Virus record (IMG/VR): IMGVR_UViG_2576861739_000001 | Strand: one strand, 5' to 3' | Length of the DNA: 23,587 nt | Source: an uncultured virus (IMG/VR IMGVR_UViG_2576861739_000001) | Lineage: Duplodnaviria > Heunggongvirae > Uroviricota > Caudoviricetes | Shown: positions 1-8,457 of the stretch, piece after piece | Numbering within the stretch: position 1 is the stretch's first letter | Layout of the letters: each line of letters starts with the position of its first letter | Made by a program: the position numbers and the translations under genes | Notes under the pieces: generated by a model | Told to the model about the DNA's origin: nothing | Database searches by the model: none | What the model saw: the letters and a program-made list of their open reading frames with translations, nothing else

Positions 1-775
1 AACCCTTCTGTGAGATTTCCGCGTCGACAAAGCGGGTGGCTTCCGTGGTGGCGACCTTGCCTTCCAATGCCTGCACCTTGCTTTGCAGCTCTGCGTTTTG
101 CTGCGCATGAGTGCTGAGCTGTTCGGTTTTGGCACGAAGAGCTGCCAGAATGGCTTCGTTGGATGCACCATCCTGCAACCCGGCCAGTTTCAGAACGCTC
201 GTGTGGAGTGAAAGCGCAGAACTTGCGCCCGTCAGCTGCGTGCTGACCTCCGTATCAGACGCCGTCTCGGGCAGGCCGAGCAGACGCCGGAGTTCCTTCG
301 GGTCCATGCCCGTCTCCTGCTGTTGGTGATGAAGTTGGGTTACGCCAAGATTGGGCGTGTTTGTGAGGGCAGCGCGTGCGATGTAGGTCACGTTGCCACT
401 CTTGTCGGAGGCAAAAACCGGAGACACACCCCGGTATGCCTTATCCGACATCAATTCAGTTCCGCGCTGGTTCCATTCCACGCGCCCCCAGATGCCATTG
501 GCACGGGACTGCAGTTCTACAATCCACCCCAACGCCGGTGAGGAACCACCCTTGGGAGCAGCCAGATCTGTGCTGTGGTTTTCGTCAATCACCAGTTTAC
601 CACCCATCTCCTGCATGGAGCGGGTGATGACTTCCTGCGGATTGTTCAGATGGAATGGGCCACGTCCGTCACGTCCCTTGAACGTGCCAGATGGCACCAG
701 GTGCAACCATTCCGGCGGTGCACCTGCAGCGCCTTCGGGTAGCGACATGTGATAATGGACAAATTGCAGCGTCAT
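1..775 (-). CDS. Mu-like prohead protease I (runs off the window edge)
   Basis: Manual translation from ATG 775: MTLQFVHYHMSLPEGAAGAPPEWLHLVPSGTFKGRDGRGPF...IDENHST...GIWGRVEWN...YRGVSPVF...ALTNTPNL. These are Mu gpI motifs and the gene follows gpG. It is absent from the ORF track because it has no stop in the window. Confidence 0.92.
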   Translation of the reverse strand, partial: MTLQFVHYHMSLPEGAAGAPPEWLHLVPSGTFKGRDGRGPFHLNNPQEVITRSMQEMGGKLVIDENHSTDLAAPKGGSSPALGWIVELQSRANGIWGRVEWNQRGTELMSDKAYRGVSPVFASDKSGNVTYIARAALTNTPNLGVTQLHHQQQETGMDPKELRRLLGLPETASDTEVSTQLTGASSALSLHTSVLKLAGLQDGASNEAILAALRAKTEQLSTHAQQNAELQSKVQALEGKVATTEATRFVDAEISQKG

Positions 776-804
776 GCTGCTGTTGTGGACTACTCAAGCC
801 ACCA

Positions 805-829
805 ATAGGATTGTGCGTGTTTTCGGCAG
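805..829 (-). promoter_or_regulatory. Late promoter/activator site upstream of protease I (PI-like)
   Basis: ATAGGATTGTGCGTGTTTTCG (805-825) is identical to 9207-9227, with the same 29-nt gap to the start codon. Confidence 0.8.
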
Positions 830-994
830 GATGACCATTTTCCCGGCTTCAGGAATATGGCTCTCAAATTTAGCCGCACAGAGGCGTGCGGGGTTCTACC
901 CCCTAATCTCGGACGCAAGAAGCCTTAAAACGTCTCTAGCACCCTTTTAGGCCCTTTTAGAAACCTTTTAGAGCCTTACCATCACCCCACGATG

Positions 995-1513
995 TCATCC
1001 GCGCATGGCACGAGCCAAATATTCTTCCAGCTCGAACATCACGTCTTCGCGGTCTTCCTCCGTAAATCCCAGATATGGTCTGGCCGGAATTTTGACTGAC
1101 TTGCGCATAAATACCGCGCCGCCCATTTCCCAGACCAACGCCTTTTTCGTGCGTGGCACTATGACGCCTCCAAACTGGTGAATGCGTGCGTAGGGCAAAG
1201 CGGAACCCCATTCCAACGTATTCCCACGCACCCTCTTTGTCAGAGAGCCATATAATCCTGTGCGAGACCAATCCAGCCCGCGCAAAATACCAGGACCGTC
1301 TTTTGTTGATGCGTATAACGGGTTCAGCGGCGCGTAGCTTTCCCAGGCAATGCCGCGAGGATCTACACCGCGTTCCATCCTGCGCCGGGTATTATTCAGA
1401 ATTGAGAAGCCAACAGCATCCAGAACACGAGATGGATCACGGCCAATGGCAGCAATCCTGTCCAGAGCAGAACGGATGGGCTGCGTTGATCCAGAAACAA
1501 TAACTGAAGGCAT
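995..1513 (-). CDS. Mu gpG-like virion morphogenesis protein
   Basis: DPRGIAW, YARIHQFGG and IPARPYLG motifs; lies between gpF and I. Confidence 0.9.
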   Translation of the reverse strand: MPSVIVSGSTQPIRSALDRIAAIGRDPSRVLDAVGFSILNNTRRRMERGVDPRGIAWESYAPLNPLYASTKDGPGILRGLDWSRTGLYGSLTKRVRGNTLEWGSALPYARIHQFGGVIVPRTKKALVWEMGGAVFMRKSVKIPARPYLGFTEEDREDVMFELEEYLARAMRG

Positions 1514-1545
1514 GACAGCACCTCTCTTATGCTGCTAAAGGTAGC

Positions 1546-1646
1546 GAATGACATGCTGTGATCTGGCGATATTCTCCCGACCAGGGCACGCTTTAATGGC
1601 GGAGCAAATTGTGGGGTTACCGGGAGGCCCCACCAGCATGTCATTC
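1546..1646 (-). ncRNA. Putative structured RNA downstream of gpF
   Basis: 13-bp perfect closing stem (1546-1558/1634-1646), three inner hairpins and complementary loops CTCCCG/CGGGAG. Confidence 0.6.
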
Positions 1647-2846
1647 CGCATTTCCTTCTACATTCGGAATTTCCAGACTGCCTAACAGGCATTCCCGTGT
1701 GCGCATGTATCGTTTTACCTCAGCGCCATTGATTGCGTGGAACGACAGCAGATAGTTTTCCTTGCCGTTTGCGGTGCTCTTGATCAGCATCCGATAAATC
1801 TGTTTCCCATATGTGGAGAACAGCATCACATGGCGCTCACTCCCCGCAGACAGAACCATCTGCGTATCGGCCACCAACTGCGGGATCAGCTGATACTCTG
1901 ACTTCTCAACCTCAGCATGATGGGTCTGGTTTTTCTTGAGGTTATCTTCAGACAACCGCAGGCTGTCACTCTCACTGCGAATAATCTTCTGGATATCTGG
2001 CGACAATGTCCCAGCCTCAACCACACCCACCGGATGTTCCAGCAGATCCTCAATCTGCTCTGCCTGAAGCGTTTGTCGCTCAACTGGTGGCAGATCAACG
2101 ACTGGTTTTCCAGACACCTCTGTAACAGGCGTCAGAGCTGTTTCCGCCCGCACTTTTTCAGCCTGCATCCAGACGGCACCGGGGTTGCTGTTAAACCCCG
2201 GATCAATTCCCACAGGCACTTGCTCTATTTTTCCAGTTGCCGGGTTTTTCCATGGGCGTGTCTCTATCGGTGGCGCTTCAGAAACACTCCATCCAAATTT
2301 CTTCAGATCGCGGCGCGAAACAGGCTCAACAGTGCAATGGCAGCGCCATCCATTGGGCGGGAAGTGTGTTGCAAACCACGGATCGTTTGCAGGCAGGATC
2401 ATACCATCCCATGCGAGATGCTGGGCACGTGGGTGCTCACAGGCATGGTGCCGATAACGCCAGTAGGGAAACATCTCCAGCGCTTCAGGCGTGGTCAGCT
2501 GCCTGTATTGGCCTGCGGCATACGCGGTGCTGATATTGGTCTGGTAAATAATCATGGCGCGCCAACCAGGCGTTCCATTGTATTCCCATCCATAACGCTT
2601 GGTGAGGTCTGGAAAGTCCTTCACAAGCTCTTTTAACGTTGTTTTTCCACGCAGTGCTTCGTCAATGCCACGCCGGAAATCATTCAGCAGTGCATCAGAA
2701 GCAGCTCCGGCAACGGTAAATGCCCGTGCATGTGCCTCTGCTTCGAGTTCTCCGAATGTAGCAGATTGCACATTTGTTTTTTGCCGCAGGAAAGAAATAG
2801 CTTCTTTAGGAGCTAATGCCGCAGCGGAGACGATGCTGTCAGGCAC
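1641..2846 (-). CDS. Mu gpF head morphogenesis protein with a C-terminal extension (PBECR-like nuclease fold suspected)
   Basis: MuF motifs RAFTVAG, IIYQTN, HPRAQHLAWDG, FPPNGWRCHC and GIDPGF, plus ~170 extra C-terminal residues. The likely start is GTG 2846, overlapping the portal stop. Confidence 0.88.
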   Translation of the reverse strand: MPDSIVSAAALAPKEAISFLRQKTNVQSATFGELEAEAHARAFTVAGAASDALLNDFRRGIDEALRGKTTLKELVKDFPDLTKRYGWEYNGTPGWRAMIIYQTNISTAYAAGQYRQLTTPEALEMFPYWRYRHHACEHPRAQHLAWDGMILPANDPWFATHFPPNGWRCHCTVEPVSRRDLKKFGWSVSEAPPIETRPWKNPATGKIEQVPVGIDPGFNSNPGAVWMQAEKVRAETALTPVTEVSGKPVVDLPPVERQTLQAEQIEDLLEHPVGVVEAGTLSPDIQKIIRSESDSLRLSEDNLKKNQTHHAEVEKSEYQLIPQLVADTQMVLSAGSERHVMLFSTYGKQIYRMLIKSTANGKENYLLSFHAINGAEVKRYMRTRECLLGSLEIPNVEGNAE

Positions 2847-4554
2847 GCTGCATGCTTTCCAGCATTGCTGCTTCACCAGCCAGTTCGGCCATCAGCAGTC
2901 CCATGCTCATGGCATGCTGGAACTCATCGTCAGACAAACCCAAGGTATCCAGCCGGTCACGCAGGTTCTCCAGACTGGTAGCCTGCTCAAATTCAGCTCT
3001 TACAGCATCCTGCATGGACGCCAGACCGCTTTCCGCTTCACGAGAAAGGCTCTGTGTCAGAACGTCCACCAACGCAGGTTTCTGAACCGCATGCCGCCGT
3101 AACAGTTTCCCCAGTGCGGCATTGAGTTTCAGTTCTTTCTGTTCAGGATCATCCGCACCCGGAGCACGTGGGCTCTCATTTGTAGCTGGCGGAATGTGGG
3201 CTGGATTATCCTTTGGCGGCTTGTTTTCGGGAGGCAGCACGCGGGACGGCAATGGCTGCTGCGGTTGGGCAGTCACACCAATCACAACGTCTCCGTCTTC
3301 CGGCGGCGTTAAACCGCTCCGCGCATAGATATCGTCTGCCCGAACCTTCAATCCTTGCGGGCCAAGGTTTTGCACAAGTGTGGTAATCTCAGCCAACGGC
3401 ACTTCATCAGGGCGGCCGATAACCACTTCAGGATAATTTCCATCAGGCGGAGATCCGAACTTCATGTCGATCATCGGCTTGACGATTTGAGTATTGGCTG
3501 TGTGGCTGATCAGCAGTGCATCTGCACGCTCAATATCGTCCTGCACCAACTTATGCACAGATGCCGCTGCATGCGTGCCCTGGCGCGCATCCGTAGTGCC
3601 AGTCTGGCCTAAAACAGCTTTACTCGTCTGCTCATCTAGCCATTTGCAACGCCGCTCATGCACATCGTTTGAACCCGCGCCGTTCTTCGGCTCCACAAAG
3701 TCCAGTTCCATGCCTTTGGGGATCATACACCCCAAAACATTCGCGATACTTGCAACGGCTTGCCACAGCTTGTTCCGATCATCGTCTGTGCTGTCAGGAC
3801 CATATTTGCCAACACGCATTGGCAGCCCAAAGTTTTCAACAAACACACCCCAGTCACGGGTGCTGAACATTTTGAACAGGCTGTTGAACGCAATAGCGCG
3901 CGTTAATCCAGAATGCAGCGTCAGACCTGACCATGAAGGGTGTTTGTGCACAACACAGCTATAGGGCGGCAACGCGGCAAAACCGATTTCCTCTACGGCC
4001 CCATCAATGTCAGGCGTGAATGAACTGCCAGTGTCCGTACGCATCTTAACAGTTTCGCCATCCTGGTATGAGATATCAAACCAGCGTTGTGGCCGATACG
4101 TCAGCTGGCGTGGCCAGTATCCATAAGCATTTGCATTCCATGAGATGGATAGAACTGAAAAGCCTTTTGCCAGCGCATCCATCATGTCAAACAATGACGC
4201 ACGCAGAATACCTTTTTTCAGCCAGTCGCGCACATAATCAGCGTGCTTCTTATGGATAGGATCAGAACTTGCGGCTTCAACGGAAATCGGTAACTGGCTG
4301 ATAGTGCGTTTGCGAGTGCTCAGAACACCCAAATAATGCAAATCCTTCTGCTCAATCAGGGAACAGAATTCCTGCCATTGCTGGCTGTCACCATCTGATG
4401 CCGCACGCAACATATCTCCCACCACGGCAGGATTAACCCATTCCATGGACAACGTGCTGATTGCAGAGCGAGATCCCAGCACTGTCGGGCCAGCAACTTC
4501 TTTCCGCAATGTAGATGGAGGAATTGGTTTTCCATACTGATCAAGCAGTGCCAT
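2839..4554 (-). CDS. Portal protein (Mu gp29, DUF935)
   Basis: ALLDQYGKPI start, DWGVFVENFGLPMRVGKY and SKAVLGQTGTT motifs; synteny. Confidence 0.93.
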   Translation of the reverse strand: MALLDQYGKPIPPSTLRKEVAGPTVLGSRSAISTLSMEWVNPAVVGDMLRAASDGDSQQWQEFCSLIEQKDLHYLGVLSTRKRTISQLPISVEAASSDPIHKKHADYVRDWLKKGILRASLFDMMDALAKGFSVLSISWNANAYGYWPRQLTYRPQRWFDISYQDGETVKMRTDTGSSFTPDIDGAVEEIGFAALPPYSCVVHKHPSWSGLTLHSGLTRAIAFNSLFKMFSTRDWGVFVENFGLPMRVGKYGPDSTDDDRNKLWQAVASIANVLGCMIPKGMELDFVEPKNGAGSNDVHERRCKWLDEQTSKAVLGQTGTTDARQGTHAAASVHKLVQDDIERADALLISHTANTQIVKPMIDMKFGSPPDGNYPEVVIGRPDEVPLAEITTLVQNLGPQGLKVRADDIYARSGLTPPEDGDVVIGVTAQPQQPLPSRVLPPENKPPKDNPAHIPPATNESPRAPGADDPEQKELKLNAALGKLLRRHAVQKPALVDVLTQSLSREAESGLASMQDAVRAEFEQATSLENLRDRLDTLGLSDDEFQHAMSMGLLMAELAGEAAMLESMQRA

Positions 4555-4556
4555 GC

Positions 4557-4802
4557 TCAGTTTCCTTTCTGGCAGGCACGCACCTGATCACGCAAACCAC
4601 CATAATCGCGAATGGCACGATGCGTCATAGGGGTATCTGTATGAGCAACCAGCTCCTTAGCCAGCGTTTGTTCATCCGTGCGTGAATACGGAACCAGAGT
4701 TGGGCATACGGGCTTCGGTATGTAAGAAGAGCAGGCACCCAGTAATGAAATCCCGGCATATGCTCCCAGTAGGACTACCAATCCCTGCACATTACGTGAC
4801 AT
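4557..4802 (-). CDS. Small lipoprotein, o-spanin (Rz1-like) candidate
   Basis: Signal peptide with lipobox LLGAC, Pro-rich segment and two further Cys; TGATG coupling to the upstream gene. Confidence 0.6.
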   Translation of the reverse strand: MSRNVQGLVVLLGAYAGISLLGACSSYIPKPVCPTLVPYSRTDEQTLAKELVAHTDTPMTHRAIRDYGGLRDQVRACQKGN

Positions 4803-5044
4803 CAGAAGTTTCCTTTGTTCAGGCGATCTACGACATCGGCATCATCGGCCGGAGCGGTTGCCTGCGCCTGCGCCATGCTCTGCTCAACTGCTAGGGTCGT
4901 CGTATCGTTTTTGCTTTGAGCTGCGGCATCTTCTGCCGTCTGTTTCTTCTGGGCTGCCTGCCACAATGCCCAAGCAGCCCAACCGGCAGCCGCCAAAATG
5001 AGCACCACCAAAATGGTCAGGCATATCCACGCAATATTGCTCAT
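4802..5044 (-). CDS. Single-pass membrane protein, i-spanin (Rz-like) candidate
   Basis: N-terminal TM helix then an Ala/Gln-rich helical region; ATGA overlap with terminase. Confidence 0.6.
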   Translation of the reverse strand: MSNIAWICLTILVVLILAAAGWAAWALWQAAQKKQTAEDAAAQSKNDTTTLAVEQSMAQAQATAPADDADVVDRLNKGNF

Positions 5045-6615
5045 AATCTCACAGATCCTCTCAATCCGGTGCTGTTGCGAAATCCAGCACGGTCACGGGA
5101 AATCTCATCTTCAATCGGCCAATCGTGACTGGATGCGTTGCCAAATGCGGATGGCAACGAACGGGGCACCGGCGTAAACCCATACTCTTCCGGTTCTGCA
5201 CGGCTGGCGGCGTAGGCCATTGCCAAAGCAACCGCAGCATCACCGTGTCGGTTTCCGGTTTTGTCGGTAGTACGTGCATCGGGAATACGGGCCACACCGC
5301 GCACCATTTTGAGAGCGCGGATATCATCCTGAATATCGCGGTCTCGCGGGAGGCTCAGCATTCCGTCTTCAAACGCAGCCTTCAGAGGCGGCATGTTTTC
5401 TCGATACCAGCTTTCAGATAGCATCACGGCCTCAACACGACTGCCGTAACGCTGCACAGTCACTTCCGCCAGATACTGGCCATTGCCCCGTGCGTCCATC
5501 TTCCCCGCCCGGAAACGGGGCAATCCATCCAGAACAAAGAACAGAACGCGCTTCTGTTCTTCAAACGGGATATTTCGCAATTCCAGCACAAAGGCCGTGC
5601 GGCGCTTCAGGTCTTTCCCGATAGCCATCACCCAGATTACGGTCAGATCTCCGCTGCGCCCGAAATCCTCACCAAACACGTAAGGGTCATTAGGGTTCAG
5701 ACTATCCAGAACCGGCATGATCTCGTCACGGCAAAACGCCAGCGTCTCCATCTTACGAATGTCTTCGGGCAGGAGGGCAAATTCTGATTTTCGATCCCAG
5801 CGAACAACTGGCACGTCTACGGAAATGCGCGCTTCAATTAACGGCAATGGAATATATGTTCCCGTGCTGGGAGACGGAATGCAGAACAATTCTTCATCTG
5901 CTGCATCCCCATAGAATTTGATAATTTCACTGCGCCACGCATCTTCTTTAACCTGCGTCCATTCGTCGCCCTTTTTCTCGCAGATCTTGCGGAACAACCC
6001 ATCCCTTAAAGCATCATCAAAGGTCGTTCTAAGCAGCTTGTAAGGTTTCCGTCCGGACAGGATGTCCTGCACCAGTAGATTGAACGGGTTCGTGTCGCCA
6101 TTATGGGTGCTGATAATAAGCACCTTGCCGCCCCACATCAGCAACGCCAGAGCAGCTTTCAAAAGTTCTTCCAGATCATCATGGAAGGCGGCTTCATCAA
6201 TAATCACCAACCCTTGCATACCGCGCAACGCACGCGGCACAGAGGGAAGAGCCAGAACCTTGTTCCCAGATGCAAAATCCATCCGAAAGACTTTAACGTC
6301 TTTCTCGGGTCGATCAGGATCATGAAAAAAGCTTTCCTGAACCTCACCGACTACCGCCTGCATGATTTCCGCGTGTTCCGCGCAGTAGTCAATAAATTCA
6401 CGGGCCATTTCCAGATTATAGCCCATGTAAAAGACATCCATGCCACCGTCCGCCTGCGCAAGACCAGCTACAAGATCGCCAACAAAAGATGCACACCAGG
6501 ACAAACCTGTGCGTCGTGATTTTTCCACGACTGTCACAGGATTTTCCCATACGGATGCCATGCAGGCCGATTGATACGTCAGAAAGATACCAGAAAGATC
6601 AGGACTTCTTGTCAT
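5041..6615 (-). CDS. Terminase large subunit (Mu gp28-like)
   Basis: EKSRRTGLS Walker A, VIIDEAAF Walker B, IISTHNG, and nuclease motifs GEDFGRSGD and HGDAA. Confidence 0.95.
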   Translation of the reverse strand: MTRSPDLSGIFLTYQSACMASVWENPVTVVEKSRRTGLSWCASFVGDLVAGLAQADGGMDVFYMGYNLEMAREFIDYCAEHAEIMQAVVGEVQESFFHDPDRPEKDVKVFRMDFASGNKVLALPSVPRALRGMQGLVIIDEAAFHDDLEELLKAALALLMWGGKVLIISTHNGDTNPFNLLVQDILSGRKPYKLLRTTFDDALRDGLFRKICEKKGDEWTQVKEDAWRSEIIKFYGDAADEELFCIPSPSTGTYIPLPLIEARISVDVPVVRWDRKSEFALLPEDIRKMETLAFCRDEIMPVLDSLNPNDPYVFGEDFGRSGDLTVIWVMAIGKDLKRRTAFVLELRNIPFEEQKRVLFFVLDGLPRFRAGKMDARGNGQYLAEVTVQRYGSRVEAVMLSESWYRENMPPLKAAFEDGMLSLPRDRDIQDDIRALKMVRGVARIPDARTTDKTGNRHGDAAVALAMAYAASRAEPEEYGFTPVPRSLPSAFGNASSHDWPIEDEISRDRAGFRNSTGLRGSVRL

Positions 6616-7192
6616 TGCTATTTACCCCAAACGCGCCCTGCATAAGCGCACGCGCTGTTTCTGCGCTGATACCGCGCCTCTTAGCTTCCGAAACAACGTG
6701 TTTTTCAGCCTGCGCTTTCAGGCGTCTTTCCACACGCTCTTCAATGGCCTTCTGGTTTTCAATGTCGGATTTGGCGGATTTGGTGAGGTGATCCAAAGCT
6801 TTTGCAAGCATCATGATGCCCTCGGGGTTGCCGTTCAGGGCAGCAATCCCACGTCCATCCGGTCCGCCTTCTTCTGCATTCTGTGCAGCCAGAAACAGAT
6901 CCAGCACAGCACTATGCAAGAGTTCAATATTCAACTGGGCAGAGCGGGATGCAGGCTCACCACCTAACTGGCGCACCAAGGCTTCCGCAATATTGCGGCT
7001 GTGCCGAAGCTTTGCCCCAATCTTTTCCATAGACTGCACATGCCGCCCCAGTGCAGAGCGGCTGATATGCGTCACGTCTAATTCACGCAGCGCGGCCAAT
7101 ATTTCATCAAGAGTATGGCCGTTACCACGCAAGCGCCCGATCTCATCCCTGATCTCAGGCTCTAACTGATCAATAGATGATGGGCGCGCCAC
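6599..7192 (-). CDS. Mu gp27-like protein (DUF3486, terminase small subunit)
   Basis: MARPSSIDQL and ISRSALGRH motifs; directly upstream of terminase. Confidence 0.88.
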   Translation of the reverse strand: MARPSSIDQLEPEIRDEIGRLRGNGHTLDEILAALRELDVTHISRSALGRHVQSMEKIGAKLRHSRNIAEALVRQLGGEPASRSAQLNIELLHSAVLDLFLAAQNAEEGGPDGRGIAALNGNPEGIMMLAKALDHLTKSAKSDIENQKAIEERVERRLKAQAEKHVVSEAKRRGISAETARALMQGAFGVNSNDKKS

Positions 7193-7194
7193 GC

Positions 7195-7500
7195 TTAACC
7201 TACCGTGCGCCGTGCTACGCCATTCACCAGAAGCTTGCCCTGTGCGGCCAACAGGCCATCATCTGTCAGACGCACGCGCCACAATTCTCCACCAGAACGG
7301 GGCATTTTCTCAATGGCCACACAGTGTCGGTGTTCCAGAAATGTCAGATCATCACGCATTGTATCGCGGTCAGTATCTCGGCCACTTTCACACACTGCCC
7401 GCAGAATTGTAGCTTCGCACAGCAGACCATCCTGCATCTGGGAGAGTGCATCCAGCACCTTACGGCGACGATCAGCCGCGATTTCCATTGTAACGCTCAT
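7195..7500 (-). CDS. Mu gp26-like winged-helix protein
   Basis: DRRRKVL...DLTFLE...LTDDGLLAAQG...GVAR pattern and position. Confidence 0.8.
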   Translation of the reverse strand: MSVTMEIAADRRRKVLDALSQMQDGLLCEATILRAVCESGRDTDRDTMRDDLTFLEHRHCVAIEKMPRSGGELWRVRLTDDGLLAAQGKLLVNGVARRTVG

Positions 7501-7649
7501 GCCCGAACTCCCCGCAGCATCCGACCACCACGCACAAGAGTGCGTAAAAATGCCTGTTCCTGTTCATATGCGGCATGACCGCGAGACACTTTTTTGAACG
7601 GCCCTGATTTTTTCGAGCGAAATACGCTGCGTTTCTTACGGTTTTTCAT
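7497..7649 (-). CDS. Small basic protein, 50 aa (not in ORF track)
   Basis: MKNRKKRSVFRSKKSGPFKKVSRGHAAYEQEQAFLRTLVRGGRMLRGVRA; ATGA overlaps with both neighbours. Confidence 0.7.
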   Translation of the reverse strand: MKNRKKRSVFRSKKSGPFKKVSRGHAAYEQEQAFLRTLVRGGRMLRGVRA

Positions 7650-7948
7650 GATTTATCACCCATGTGCCCACGAATGATCGTGTGCAGCAGATCCTTGTTA
7701 TTCTTGCCGTCCTGCTGAACGCCTTTCAGCAATTCGCTGATGGCAGACAACTGCACAGACTGTGCGCTGATTTCCGTTGGGATGCTTTCCAGAACAGCAA
7801 CCCGATCGCTCAGTTCCTGATGCGATTTTTCCAGCGCTTCATGCTGTTCAACCAACGCTCGCTGACGGCCCTGGGAAAACAGGGTAACCGCTCCGCCAAT
7901 TCCGCCTAGAACTGACAATGCACCGCCAACAATTTCCCAGGGCCACAC
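7646..7948 (-). CDS. Membrane-anchored coiled-coil protein (Mu gp25-like position)
   Basis: Hydrophobic N-terminus followed by a coiled coil; lies between lysis genes and gp26. Confidence 0.65.
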   Translation of the reverse strand: MWPWEIVGGALSVLGGIGGAVTLFSQGRQRALVEQHEALEKSHQELSDRVAVLESIPTEISAQSVQLSAISELLKGVQQDGKNNKDLLHTIIRGHMGDKS

Positions 7949-7950
7949 GG

Positions 7951-8385
7951 TCAGGCTGCCGGAGTGGCGGCTACTGCCGTTCCAGACGTTGCCGTCTGAT
8001 TATCCGTCGCGCCTGCGGAAGCAGAGGCAACGGGCGTAGTCGTTGCATCCACAGTAGATGCGGGCACAAAAATACCAGACAGATCAGCAATGGCCGCCTT
8101 AACATGCGTTACCACCAGTTCTTCAGACGGCAGCTTAATGCCCAGACCGCTCAGAATGGTCGTGGTGCCAGTCAGCGCTTCCTGAACCAGCGGGTTCGCT
8201 GTTTCAAACTTCGCAAAAGCAGACTGCAGGTCATCAATGCCGTTGTCGGCCTTCGTGACTGCTGCTTTCACTGCCGTCTGCGCCGCCGTCTCATAAACGG
8301 CCAGCTTTCCACCCAGAGCGGTGGAACCAATGCTACCCAGAACGCCAAACAGACCGGGCAGGAATGTGGAGAGATTAAAGATCAT
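7951..8385 (-). CDS. Hypothetical protein, holin candidate
   Basis: Hydrophobic N-terminus, GGGGG Shine-Dalgarno, directly after the endolysin. Function is inferred from position only. Confidence 0.5.
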   Translation of the reverse strand: MIFNLSTFLPGLFGVLGSIGSTALGGKLAVYETAAQTAVKAAVTKADNGIDDLQSAFAKFETANPLVQEALTGTTTILSGLGIKLPSEELVVTHVKAAIADLSGIFVPASTVDATTTPVASASAGATDNQTATSGTAVAATPAA

Positions 8386-8419
8386 AGAGCCCCCATAAGT
8401 GCGCTGCGTCTGCGCATAG

Positions 8420-8453
8420 AAAAACAGACCGAACGCGCCCGCGCGGCCCGATC
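8420..8453 (-). terminator. Possible intrinsic terminator/attenuator after the endolysin
   Basis: GATCGGGC...GTTCGGTC stem with G-U pairs followed by TGTTTTT on the - strand. Confidence 0.45.
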
Positions 8454-8457
8454 AAGA

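Noticed and set aside
844..853. CGGCTTCAGG match to the reverse complement of the 33-bp insert
   Set aside because: Only 10 bp and the flanks differ. No source for the insert was seen in this window.
1546..1646. True tRNA or a known ribozyme (pistol, twister, HDV-like)
   Set aside because: Lacks the T-loop GTTC, D-loop GG and CCA, and I could not match the conserved ribozyme cores by eye.
1396..1692. 98-aa ORF as a gpF immunity protein
   Set aside because: Overlaps both gpF and gpG out of frame and has no recognisable protein features.
3120..3280. Pro-rich segment in the portal as an intein or insertion element
   Set aside because: No splicing motifs or repeats; it looks like a disordered linker.
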